Of a stretch of DNA of 64,000 bases, positions 50,018 to 57,897 are shown one piece after another. The notes under the pieces were generated by a model, which worked only from the letters and a program-made list of their open reading frames with translations, ran no database searches and was not told the DNA's origin. This stretch comes from Oscillospiraceae bacterium (GTDB taxonomy: Bacteria > Bacillota > Clostridia > Oscillospirales > Acutalibacteraceae): the NCBI GenBank assembly GCA_902762875.1, contig CACWPS010000003.1, positions 94,550 to 158,549 of the forward strand. The letters are read 5' to 3'. Positions within the stretch are counted from its first letter, which is position 1. Every line of letters starts with the position of its first letter. Both the position numbers and the translations under genes were made by a program.

Positions 50018-50044
50018 TAGGCTGGTTCGACTCTCGTCAGCCTA
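50018..50044. repeat. Miniature (23-nt core) derivative of the MITE at 57404-57630, flanked by TA
   Basis: TA-GGCTGGTTCGACTCTCGTCAGCC-TA. The last 19 nt are the exact reverse complement of the left end of the full element. It forms a GGCTG/CAGCC hairpin. Confidence 0.7.
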
Positions 50045-50045
50045 T

Positions 50046-50078
50046 AAAAAACGGATGCCTTTCGGCGTCCGTTTTAGT
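50046..50078. terminator. Intrinsic terminator after glnN (copy 1 of a duplicated terminator)
   Basis: AAAAAACGGATGCC-tttc-GGCGTCCGTTTT. Runs on both sides make it usable on either strand. Confidence 0.8.
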
Positions 50079-50305
50079 CTGTCAAAAAACCTGTATCTGC
50101 AATGGTTGGCGGCGTTCAGCCGCATTTTTGTTTTTCTGGCGACAGGTGCGGCAGAAAAACTCCTTGTAAGCGAAAACCGCTTAATTAGCGGTTTTCAAGG
50201 GTGCGTGGGTGGTATTGGCGGGAGTAGAGCGCAGTCCGAAAATCCTTTGGATTTTCGGCGAGCGGCATTTCCGCCAAGAGAGTGGCGACTATGTCGACAC
50301 TCTCA

Positions 50306-50342
50306 AAAAAAGCGGATGCCTTTCGGCATCCGTTTTTTTATT
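50306..50342. terminator. Intrinsic terminator after the tiny Cys-rich ORF (copy 2 of the duplicated terminator)
   Basis: AAAAAAGCGGATGCC-tttc-GGCATCCGTTTTTTT. It is nearly identical to 50046-50078. Confidence 0.8.
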
Positions 50343-50356
50343 ACCCTTACGGATTA

Positions 50357-50482
50357 TTAGCAACCGCAACCGCAGTTGTTGTCGCAGCCACAGCCGTTAT
50401 TTCCCCAGCCGCCGCAGCAGAAGAGTATGAGTATTAAGATGATAATCCAGGTGCAGCCACCGCCGAAACAATTGTTATTCAT
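50357..50482 (-). CDS. Tiny Cys/Gly-rich single-TM protein (41 aa; YjcZ / tiny-TM-like)
   Basis: My own translation is MNNNCFGGGCTWIIILILILFCCGGWGNNGCGCDNNCGCGC. GGAGG lies 9 nt upstream of the ATG, and a terminator lies directly downstream. It is below the track cutoff. Confidence 0.65.
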   Translation of the reverse strand: MNNNCFGGGCTWIIILILILFCCGGWGNNGCGCDNNCGCGC

Positions 50483-50586
50483 TATAAAAGACCTCCTTTT
50501 TTGTCTTCATCACATACTATGCTGATATTTAAAATTGTGTTACATCCTGGGGCAAGAAAAAATTTTTAAAAAAATCTAAAAAAGTA

Positions 50587-50635
50587 TTTGACTTTTCCTG
50601 ACTTTGGTGTATAATAATAGTCAGGAAAGGTCAAA
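50587..50635 (+). promoter_or_regulatory. ctsR promoter (TTGACT-16-TATAAT) with two CtsR operator repeats
   Basis: AGTCAGGAAAGGTCAAA (50619-50635) matches the CtsR direct heptad repeat consensus. An inverted copy TTTGACTTTTCCTGACT (50587-50603) overlaps the -35. Confidence 0.75.
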
Positions 50636-50648
50636 AGAGGTGTTCGAA

Positions 50649-51104
50649 ATGAGAATGAGCGATTTGATAACCAATGAAATTATAAGAATGTTAAATGAGT
50701 CCGAGGTTAACACGGCTGAAATTCAGCGCAACGAGTTTGCTAATATGATAGGCTGTGCGCCAAGCCAGATTAATTATGTGCTTTCCTCACGCTTTACGCC
50801 CGAGCACGGGTATATAATAGAGAGCCGCCGAGGCGGCGGGGGATATATCCGCATAAAAAGGGTGGTTTTAAGTCAGGCATCGGCGCTTATGCACATAATA
50901 AATTCTATTGGTGATTCGATTGACAGTATGACCACCCGTATTGTAATCGAAAACTGTATGACTTCGGGTATTATAACCCCCGGTGTCGCCCGTATAATTG
51001 CGGCGGCGGTTTCGGGGAGCGTTGTGCAGTCGGTACCCGTTGAGTATCGAGATACTCTAAGGGCGGCAATTTTAAAGCAAATGCTTTTAACGCAGATTGA
51101 TTAA
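50649..51104 (+). CDS. ctsR: Class III stress gene repressor CtsR
   Basis: ESRRGGGGYIRI glycine-rich loop and an N-terminal winged HTH. The ATG at 50649 follows AGAGGTG. Confidence 0.95.
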   Translation: MRMSDLITNEIIRMLNESEVNTAEIQRNEFANMIGCAPSQINYVLSSRFTPEHGYIIESRRGGGGYIRIKRVVLSQASALMHIINSIGDSIDSMTTRIVIENCMTSGIITPGVARIIAAAVSGSVVQSVPVEYRDTLRAAILKQMLLTQID

Positions 51105-51116
51105 AGGAGCGATTTT

Positions 51117-51614
51117 ATGCTGTGCGATAAATGCGGAAAAAATAACGCAACAACACATATTAAACAGATAATTAACGGGGTTGTGACCGAACACGACCTT
51201 TGTTCCGCCTGTGCGGCAAAGGAGGGCTTCGGCAAATTTTCCAACGGCTCCCTTGCGGAAATGCTTTCCTCAATGTTCGGAGATATTGGCGCTGTCGGAG
51301 CAGGAACAAAGGCGGTACGCTGTCCCGTATGCGGAGCGACCTTTGCCGATATAGCCGAAACAGGCAAGGTGGGCTGTGCCGATTGCTACCGCACCTTTTA
51401 CAGCGAGCTTCTGCCTTACCTTAAGCGAGTTCACGGCACGGTTAAGCACACGGGCAAAATACCCAACAGCACACCCCTTGCGGAAAAGCCGCAGGAGGAG
51501 ACGGCAGAGAACCTCAGAATGGAGCTTAACCGCCTTGTGAGCGAAGAAAAATTTGAAGAGGCAGCGGTAATCCGTGATAAAATTAAAAAGTTGGAGGAAA
51601 AGGGAAATGAGTAG
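51117..51614 (+). CDS. mcsA: McsA (UvrB/C-motif, zinc-finger protein)
   Basis: CDKCG...CSAC and CPVCG...CADC fingers. The C-terminal UVR motif reads EEKFEEAAVIRDKIKKLE. Confidence 0.9.
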   Translation: MLCDKCGKNNATTHIKQIINGVVTEHDLCSACAAKEGFGKFSNGSLAEMLSSMFGDIGAVGAGTKAVRCPVCGATFADIAETGKVGCADCYRTFYSELLPYLKRVHGTVKHTGKIPNSTPLAEKPQEETAENLRMELNRLVSEEKFEEAAVIRDKIKKLEEKGNE

Positions 51615-52614
51615 CTGGTATGCAGAAAAATCGCCGCAGGACGATATTGTTGTAAGCACAAGAATAAGACTTGCCCGCAATCTTTCAGGAATACCTTTTC
51701 CTGCAAGAATGACGGCGGAGCAGAGGAAAGACCTTAATTTAAAGGTTAAAAAGGCGATTACCGAGAGTAACACCCCATTTGCGAAATCCCTTAATTACAT
51801 CGATATGAGCGATGTCCCGCAGACCGAGGTTATGGCTATGGTTGAACGCCATATAATTAGCCCCGAGTTTGCCGGCAGCAATGCCGAGCGTGCTATCATA
51901 CTTTCGGCTGATGAAAGCATAAGTATTATGATAGGCGAGGAGGACCACATAAGAATTCAGGTGATTTTGGGCGGATTTCAGCTCGAAAAAGCCTATGAAA
52001 TCGCCGAAGCGCTTGATAATTTGCTTTATAATTCCCTCAACTTTGCCTTCGATAGGAATTTAGGCTTTTTGACCGAATGCCCTACAAATTTAGGTACGGG
52101 ACTTCGGGCATCTGTAATGCTTCACCTGCCTGTTACCGAATCCTCGGGCGAGATTTCCCGTATAGCCGATTCGGTGGGTAAAATAGGCTTTACCGTAAGG
52201 GGTATGTACGGCGAAGGCTCAAAGCCTATAGCTTCAATGTATCAGGTTTCAAACCAGATTACATTGGGTATCAGCGAGAAAAACGCCCTTGATAACCTTA
52301 AAATCATTACCGAGCAGTTAATTGATAAGGAGCGAGGGAGCAGGGAAGGTCTTAACCGAGTAAAGTTAGAGGATACCTGCTTTAGGGCTCTTGGAATTTT
52401 GCAGAATTGTAGAGTTCTATCCAGCGAAGAAATGATGAATTTATTATCAAGGATTAAACTTGGTATCAGTATGGGCATAATTAAAACGGAGGCTATGCCT
52501 ATTAAGCTTTTAATCGAGGGCCAGCCCTATATGCTCATGAAAAAATACGGTCAGTTGGAGCCTGAAGAAAGGGATATTTACCGTGCAAACCGTATGAGAG
52601 AGGCTCTTGCATAA
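51607..52614 (+). CDS. mcsB: Protein arginine kinase McsB
   Basis: Guanidino kinase signature CPTNLGTGLRAS. The ATG at 51607 overlaps the mcsA stop. Confidence 0.95.
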   Translation: MSSWYAEKSPQDDIVVSTRIRLARNLSGIPFPARMTAEQRKDLNLKVKKAITESNTPFAKSLNYIDMSDVPQTEVMAMVERHIISPEFAGSNAERAIILSADESISIMIGEEDHIRIQVILGGFQLEKAYEIAEALDNLLYNSLNFAFDRNLGFLTECPTNLGTGLRASVMLHLPVTESSGEISRIADSVGKIGFTVRGMYGEGSKPIASMYQVSNQITLGISEKNALDNLKIITEQLIDKERGSREGLNRVKLEDTCFRALGILQNCRVLSSEEMMNLLSRIKLGISMGIIKTEAMPIKLLIEGQPYMLMKKYGQLEPEERDIYRANRMREALA

Positions 52615-52736
52615 TTATTTTTAAAGACCCTTAAAAGGGAGGTTGTATAGCGTGAAAAATCACGCTATACACAATATAGGGACGGCGTTCCGCTCGCCTT
52701 TTATAAAATAAAAGGCAACCGCGAAATATGCCGGTT

Positions 52737-52812
52737 AAAATCTCCATTCGCCGCTAACGGAGATTTCATAACCTATTTGTGCTGACACTTTAGCGGCAGG
52801 AAGGAGATTTTT
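52737..52812 (+). promoter_or_regulatory. Candidate translational control element of clpC (anti-SD / decoy SD / true SD)
   Basis: AAAATCTCC (52737-45) is complementary to GGAGATTT (52759-66) and to the real SD GGAGATTTT (52803-11). GCCGCTAA (52750-57) pairs with TTAGCGGC (52790-97). Confidence 0.5.
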
Positions 52813-55263
52813 ATGAAATACAATTTTAACGGATTTACTTCAAAGGCGAATGAGGCATTAAATCAGGCCATTACATCAGCCGAGCAATTAGGTCACACCT
52901 ATGTGGGAAGCGAGCACCTGCTTTTGGGGCTTTTAAAAATTGGCAGCGGTGTTGCGGCGGCGGTGCTTAATAAAAACGGAATTACCGCCGACAATATCGA
53001 GGAGCTTATGCGCTCAAGCATCGGTTGCGGTACCCCTACAAGACTTTCCCCCGATTACTTTACTCCGAGAGCTAAGCGGGTTATTGAAACCGCTATGGCG
53101 GGGTGTGCTGATATGGGAAAAAAATATGTTGGCACAGAGCATATATTAATCGGCATCTTAAGCGAGGGGGATAACTACGCTATAAGGTTTATTAACGAAT
53201 TGGGTGTAGATACTGCCACTCTTACCGCAGAAGCCCTTAAGGCTTCCGGTATTGATCCCAATGATACTGTAAGCGGGGCAAAACCAAGCGGCGGCAAGCA
53301 GACCGATTCCAAAACCCCCACACTTTTAAAGTACGGCAGAGATTTAACCGAAGAAGCGAAAAAGGGCAAAATCGACCCCGTCATTGGCAGAGAACAGGAG
53401 ATTGAGCGGGTTATTCAAATCCTTTGCCGCAGAACTAAAAACAACCCCTGCTTAATAGGTGAGCCGGGCGTAGGCAAAACTGCTGTTGTAGAGGGCTTGG
53501 CACAGAAGATTGCCGACGGAAGCGTGCCCGATATTCTTGAGAACAAGCGCCTTATCGCTCTTGACCTTACGGGTATGGTTGCGGGAACAAAATACCGAGG
53601 CGATTTTGAGGAAAGAATAAAGACGGTTATTGACGAGGTTACAAAAGCGGATAACATTATCCTCTTTATTGACGAGGTGCATACCATTATCGGTGCGGGC
53701 TCTGCCGAAGGTGCCACCGATGCGGCAAATATATTAAAACCCGCCCTTGCAAGAGGCGAGTTTCAGCTGATAGGCGCTACTACAATTTCGGAATACCGCA
53801 AGAATATCGAAAAGGATTCTGCCCTTGAAAGGCGTTTTCAGCCCGTAAATGTAGCAGAACCTACAGAAGAAGATACAGTCCTTATCTTGAAAGGAATTAA
53901 GGATAAGTACGAGGCGCACCACAAGGTGAAGATTACGGATAAGGCCATAGAGGCGGCTGTTAAGCTTTCGGCACGCTATATAAGCGACAGATTTTTGCCC
54001 GATAAGGCGATAGATTTAATTGACGAGGCGGCGTCCCGTGTAAGGCTTACCGCCTGTGCCGCACCGCCTGAACTTAAAGAGCTTGAGGAAAAGATTTCAA
54101 GCACCGAGGCAGAGAAGGACGAAGCTATTAATTCGCAGGAGTTTGAGCGAGCCGCATCACTTAGAGACACCGAAAAAAAGCTTAAAGAGGAATATAACGC
54201 CACCAAAGAAAAATGGCACAAGGAAAACAGCCATATAAACGGCGAGGTGGGGGAAGAAAATATTGCGGAAATAGTTTCTTCCTGGACGGGTGTGCCCGTT
54301 TCACAGCTTACTGAGGAGGAAAGTGACAGGCTGTTAAAGCTTGAAGATGAGCTCCACAACAGAATTGTGGGTCAGGACGAGGCGGTAACGGCAGTTGCCA
54401 AGGCTATACGCCGTGGCAGGGTAGGGCTTAAGGACCCGAAACGCCCCATAGGCTCCTTTATCTTCTTAGGGCCTACAGGTGTAGGTAAAACCGAGCTTTG
54501 CAAAACCTTAGCGCAGGCTATGTTTGGCAGTGAAAATATGATGATAAGGCTTGATATGTCCGAATATATGGAAAAGCACACGGTTTCAAGGCTTGTGGGC
54601 TCGCCCCCCGGATATGTGGGCTTTGAGGAAGGGGGACAGCTTACCGAAAAGGTAAGGCGCAATCCTTACTCGGTAATCCTTTTTGATGAGATTGAAAAGG
54701 CGCACCCCGATGTTTTCAATATGCTTCTGCAAATTCTTGAGGACGGCATCTTGACCGATTCGCAAGGTCGGCGTGTTGACTTTAAGAACACAGTTATAAT
54801 TATGACCTCTAATGTGGGGGAAAGGCTTATCACCGAAAAGAAGGTATCCTTCGGCTTTGGGGAAAGCGGCAAGGACGAGAACAAGGATGTAAAGGAGCTT
54901 GTTTTGAACGAGCTTAAATCAACCTTCCGCCCAGAGTTTTTAAACCGTGTGGACGATATTATTGTTTTCTCAAAGCTTAATAAAGAGCAGATTGCCGAGA
55001 TTTCCGAAAAGATGCTTGAGGGTCTGGCGGATAGACTTAAAAACCTTAATATTACCGCCGAATTTGACGACAGCGTGAAATACGCCCTCGCCGAAAAGGG
55101 CTTTGACCCCGTATACGGCGCAAGACCTCTCCGCCGTGAGATTCAAAACAAAATCGAAGACCCGTTAAGCGAGAAAATTCTTGATTCCTCGGTTAAAAAC
55201 GGCGACACGGTGGTTTGCACCTATAAGGACGGAGAATTTCTGTTTGAAGTTAAAGGGTCATAG
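52813..55263 (+). CDS. clpC: ATP-dependent Clp protease ATP-binding subunit ClpC
   Basis: Clp_N repeats and two AAA+ modules ([17 protein letters not shown]). A UVR-like linker sits between them. 816 aa. Confidence 0.97.
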   Translation: MKYNFNGFTSKANEALNQAITSAEQLGHTYVGSEHLLLGLLKIGSGVAAAVLNKNGITADNIEELMRSSIGCGTPTRLSPDYFTPRAKRVIETAMAGCADMGKKYVGTEHILIGILSEGDNYAIRFINELGVDTATLTAEALKASGIDPNDTVSGAKPSGGKQTDSKTPTLLKYGRDLTEEAKKGKIDPVIGREQEIERVIQILCRRTKNNPCLIGEPGVGKTAVVEGLAQKIADGSVPDILENKRLIALDLTGMVAGTKYRGDFEERIKTVIDEVTKADNIILFIDEVHTIIGAGSAEGATDAANILKPALARGEFQLIGATTISEYRKNIEKDSALERRFQPVNVAEPTEEDTVLILKGIKDKYEAHHKVKITDKAIEAAVKLSARYISDRFLPDKAIDLIDEAASRVRLTACAAPPELKELEEKISSTEAEKDEAINSQEFERAASLRDTEKKLKEEYNATKEKWHKENSHINGEVGEENIAEIVSSWTGVPVSQLTEEESDRLLKLEDELHNRIVGQDEAVTAVAKAIRRGRVGLKDPKRPIGSFIFLGPTGVGKTELCKTLAQAMFGSENMMIRLDMSEYMEKHTVSRLVGSPPGYVGFEEGGQLTEKVRRNPYSVILFDEIEKAHPDVFNMLLQILEDGILTDSQGRRVDFKNTVIIMTSNVGERLITEKKVSFGFGESGKDENKDVKELVLNELKSTFRPEFLNRVDDIIVFSKLNKEQIAEISEKMLEGLADRLKNLNITAEFDDSVKYALAEKGFDPVYGARPLRREIQNKIEDPLSEKILDSSVKNGDTVVCTYKDGEFLFEVKGS

Positions 55264-55327
55264 ATATATCAAAAGACAGTTGAGCGTTTTTAAAATTTTT
55301 TAAGTGAAAAGTGAATAGTGAAAAAGT

Positions 55328-55361
55328 AAAAATCCCGCTCTCTTACGAGAACGGGATTTTT
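55328..55361. terminator. Intrinsic terminator shared by clpC (+) and tRNA-Leu (-)
   Basis: AAAATCCCGctctcttacgagaaCGGGATTTTT. Confidence 0.75.
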
Positions 55362-55447
55362 GGTGCCGCTGGCCGGACTTGAACCGGCACGGTATCGCTA
55401 CCGAGGGATTTTAAGTCCCTTGTGTCTGCCTATTCCACCACAGCGGC
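55361..55447 (-). tRNA. tRNA-Leu (anticodon UAA), CCA encoded
   Basis: Hand-folded cloverleaf. Acceptor is GCCGCTG/CAGCGGC and the D arm is GTG..CAC. The anticodon arm is AGGGA-CTTAAAA-TCCCT. The long variable arm is CGGTA-gcga-TACCG and the T arm is GCCGG-TTCAAGT-CCGGC, followed by ACCA. Confidence 0.95.
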
Positions 55448-55456
55448 ATATTAGAT

Positions 55457-55485
55457 ATGATATAATATTTACAAGCGTTTGTCAA
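55457..55485 (-). promoter_or_regulatory. Candidate promoter TTGACA-17-TATCAT for tRNA-Leu
   Basis: The minus strand reads TTGACAaacgcttgtaaatattaTATCAT, ending 9 nt before the mature 5' end. Confidence 0.6.
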
Positions 55486-55540
55486 GTGTTTTTTAAAGGT
55501 TTAAAACATTTTTCCTTTAAAAACACCTGACAATTTTTTC

Positions 55541-56032
55541 TTACAACGCTTCGAGAATTTTTTTAACTGTATGCTCGGTGTCGGCCAAGTCAACGGTGAT
55601 ATCGGCGTATTTTTTATAAAGCGGAAGCCGCTCATTATATACCGTTTCGAGGGTTTCTCCGGGCTTCATTGCGATACCGCGGGTGGTTATGTTATCCACT
55701 CTGCGTTTTATTTCCTTAAGCGGAACATCAAGAAAAACGATGACCCCGTCACGGCGGAGATTATTCATAGCATTCTCACTGAAAACTGCGCTGCCGCCTG
55801 TGGCAATTACGCTGTTTTTACAGTCAAGCTTTGAAATAACCTCGCCCTCAATTTTAAGAAACGCCTCAATACCGTCATTATCGATAATTTCCTGAAGCTT
55901 TCTGCCCGTCTGATTTTGGATAAGAAGGTCGGTATCCACAAATTCAAGCGCCGCCGTTTTTGCAAGCACAACGCCTACTGTGCTTTTGCCCGCACCCGGC
56001 ATACCTATTAATACAATGTTACTTTTCTTCAT
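55541..56032 (-). CDS. aroK: Shikimate kinase (stand-alone second copy)
   Basis: P-loop GMPGAGKST, DTDLLI and GGSAV motifs. 163 aa. Confidence 0.9.
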   Translation of the reverse strand: MKKSNIVLIGMPGAGKSTVGVVLAKTAALEFVDTDLLIQNQTGRKLQEIIDNDGIEAFLKIEGEVISKLDCKNSVIATGGSAVFSENAMNNLRRDGVIVFLDVPLKEIKRRVDNITTRGIAMKPGETLETVYNERLPLYKKYADITVDLADTEHTVKKILEAL

Positions 56033-56035
56033 AGC

Positions 56036-57391
56036 TTAGTTCTTTAGACTCTGCAGCGGAGCGGGGATTCTGCCTGCACGGTCAATAAACCTTTTGGGGC
56101 TCTTGGTTAGATTTACCTTCATAATAGGACCTGAGCCTAAAAGTCCGCCGAAATTAAGCTCCTCGCCCGCCTTTTTGCCGATTGCGGGGATAACCCTTAC
56201 TGCGGTGGTTTTGGAGTTTACCATACCTATTGCCGCCTCGTCTGCGATAATTGCGGAAATTACATCAGCAGGAGTTTCACCGGGAATTGCTATCATATCA
56301 AGACCTACAGAGCAAACTGCCGTCATAGCCTCTAATTTTTCCAGCAGTAAATCACCCGAACGGGCCGCATCAATCATACCTGCATCTTCGGTAACGGGGA
56401 TAAAGGCACCCGAAAGCCCGCCAACAGATGATGAAGCCATTACGCCGCCCTTTTTAACCGCATCATTAAGCAGTGCCAAGGCGGCGGTTGTGCCGTGAAT
56501 ACCGCAGGTTTCAAGACCCATTTCCTCTAAAATATGGGCTACCGAATCGCCCACAGCGGGGGTGGGGGCAAGGGAGAGGTCAACTATACCGAAGGGAACG
56601 CCCAAACGCTTTGAAGCCTCGGTTCCAACAAGCTGACCCATACGGGTTATCTTAAAGGCGGTGCGCTTTATGGTTTCCGCAACCTGACCTAAATCTCCAT
56701 TGGGGCACTTTTTAAGCGCCGCTTGAACAACACCGGGACCCGAAACACCCACATGAACAACACAGTCAGGCTCGCCCACACCGTGGAACGCGCCCGCCAT
56801 AAAGGGGTTATCCTCAACCGCGTTACAGAACACAACAAGCTTTGCACAGCCAATACAGTCACGGTTGGCGGTAATCTCGGCGGTCTGCCTTACAACCTCG
56901 CCCATAAGCTTTACCGCATCCATATTAATGCCCGATTTTGTGGAGCCTATATTAACAGAAGAGCAGATGTTATCGGTAATAGACAGCGCCTCGGGGATAG
57001 AGCGGATAAGAGCCTCATCGCCTGCCGAAAAGCCCTTATGCACAAGGGCGGAATAACCGCCGATAAAGTTTACTCCCGTTGTATCTGCCACTCGTTGGAG
57101 GGTTTTTGCGTACATAACGGGGTCGCCGCCGTTTGCCGCCAAAAGGGCAATAGGAGTTACCGAAATACGCTTGTTTATAATCGGAATGCCATATTCCCGC
57201 TCGATGTCTTCACCCGTTTTTACAAGGTTGCCCGCAAGGCGGGTGATTTTCTCATAAACCTTGTCGCAAGAACGCTTAATGTCGGAATCGGCGCAATCTA
57301 AGAGGGAAATACCCATTGTTATTGTGCGTATGTCAAGATTTTCTTCGGAAATCATATTAATGGTTTCCATTATGTCATTAATGTTAAGCAT
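56036..57391 (-). CDS. UPF0210 / DUF711 (PFL-like) family protein
   Basis: 451 aa. The N-terminus [18 protein letters not shown] is typical of UPF0210, as is pairing with the small ACT protein upstream. Confidence 0.85.
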   Translation of the reverse strand: MLNINDIMETINMISEENLDIRTITMGISLLDCADSDIKRSCDKVYEKITRLAGNLVKTGEDIEREYGIPIINKRISVTPIALLAANGGDPVMYAKTLQRVADTTGVNFIGGYSALVHKGFSAGDEALIRSIPEALSITDNICSSVNIGSTKSGINMDAVKLMGEVVRQTAEITANRDCIGCAKLVVFCNAVEDNPFMAGAFHGVGEPDCVVHVGVSGPGVVQAALKKCPNGDLGQVAETIKRTAFKITRMGQLVGTEASKRLGVPFGIVDLSLAPTPAVGDSVAHILEEMGLETCGIHGTTAALALLNDAVKKGGVMASSSVGGLSGAFIPVTEDAGMIDAARSGDLLLEKLEAMTAVCSVGLDMIAIPGETPADVISAIIADEAAIGMVNSKTTAVRVIPAIGKKAGEELNFGGLLGSGPIMKVNLTKSPKRFIDRAGRIPAPLQSLKN

Positions 57392-57403
57392 ATCTTACCT
57401 CCT

Positions 57404-57630
57404 TAGGCTGACGAGAGTCGAACCCGTCACGCCTGACATTTGAATAATTTTGTTCGTACTTGTCTCATCACTTGCAATACGCCGGTATTACTGCGTTCTT
57501 CGGTCTCCGCCTTTTTTCGTCCTGCGAAGTCACGAATTTGCAGGAATATGCGGTATTTCAAAAATGAGTGCAAAGCAGGCGGGAAAAGTCGGATACCCAA
57601 ACCGTAACGGGTTCGACTCTCACCAGCCTA
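57404..57630. mobile_element. MITE-like non-autonomous element with 22-nt terminal inverted repeats and TA flanks
   Basis: The left end GGCTGACGAGAGTCGAACCCGT (57406-27) matches the reverse complement of the right end GGCTGGTGAGAGTCGAACCCGT (57607-28) at 20 of 22 positions. TA lies on both sides. There is no credible ORF inside. It fills the normally short ACT-UPF0210 gap. Confidence 0.65.
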
Positions 57631-57897
57631 AATACGATGCATGGAATTGAAAATATCCTCGTGCATAACACGGATATCAAGATTGTTGTCGGTTCCTAAA
57701 TTCTTCATTTTGTCCGAAAATTCGGTAAAGGAGCAGTTGAGCCCGCCTATCTCTGTAAGCATTACCATTACAAACATATCCTGCAAAACCGACTGTGTAA
57801 TATCAACGATATTAGCACCGCAGTCCGCACAGACAGCGCTTACCTTTGAAATGATGCCCACGGCGTCCTTGCCGATAACCGATACTACTGTTTTCAT
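57628..57897 (-). CDS. ACT domain protein (UPF0237 family)
   Basis: 89 aa (MKTVVSVIGKDAVGIISKVSAVCADCGANIVDITQ). The stop codon TAG is formed by the TA flank plus the first G of the element. Confidence 0.85.
   Translation of the reverse strand: MKTVVSVIGKDAVGIISKVSAVCADCGANIVDITQSVLQDMFVMVMLTEIGGLNCSFTEFSDKMKNLGTDNNLDIRVMHEDIFNSMHRI

Noticed and set aside
50055-50430. ORFs 50055-50360(+) and 50209-50430(+) in the spacer between the duplicated terminators.
   Set aside because: They have no RBS and begin or end inside terminator hairpins. Their composition is dictated by the palindromes. The second overlaps the well-supported tiny minus-strand ORF.
50357-50482. The tiny Cys-rich peptide as a RiPP or bacteriocin precursor.
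   Set aside because: No modification, transport or immunity genes are adjacent; the neighbours are glnN and ctsR. The central hydrophobic helix and the Gly/Cys tails fit the tiny-TM spore-former family better.
55283-55328. Short tandem GTGAAAAGTGAATAGTGAAAAAGT motif after clpC.
   Set aside because: It comprises three imperfect 7-8 nt repeats in an AT-rich 3' UTR just before the terminator. It is too short and degenerate to interpret.
57406-57628. tRNA-like look of the MITE termini (GGTTCGACTCTC resembles a T-arm), and the 66-aa ORF at 57450-57650.
   Set aside because: No D arm or anticodon arm can be drawn, so it is not a tRNA or tmRNA gene. The ORF has no RBS, runs through the TIR into the ACT gene on the wrong strand, and has no recognisable motif.
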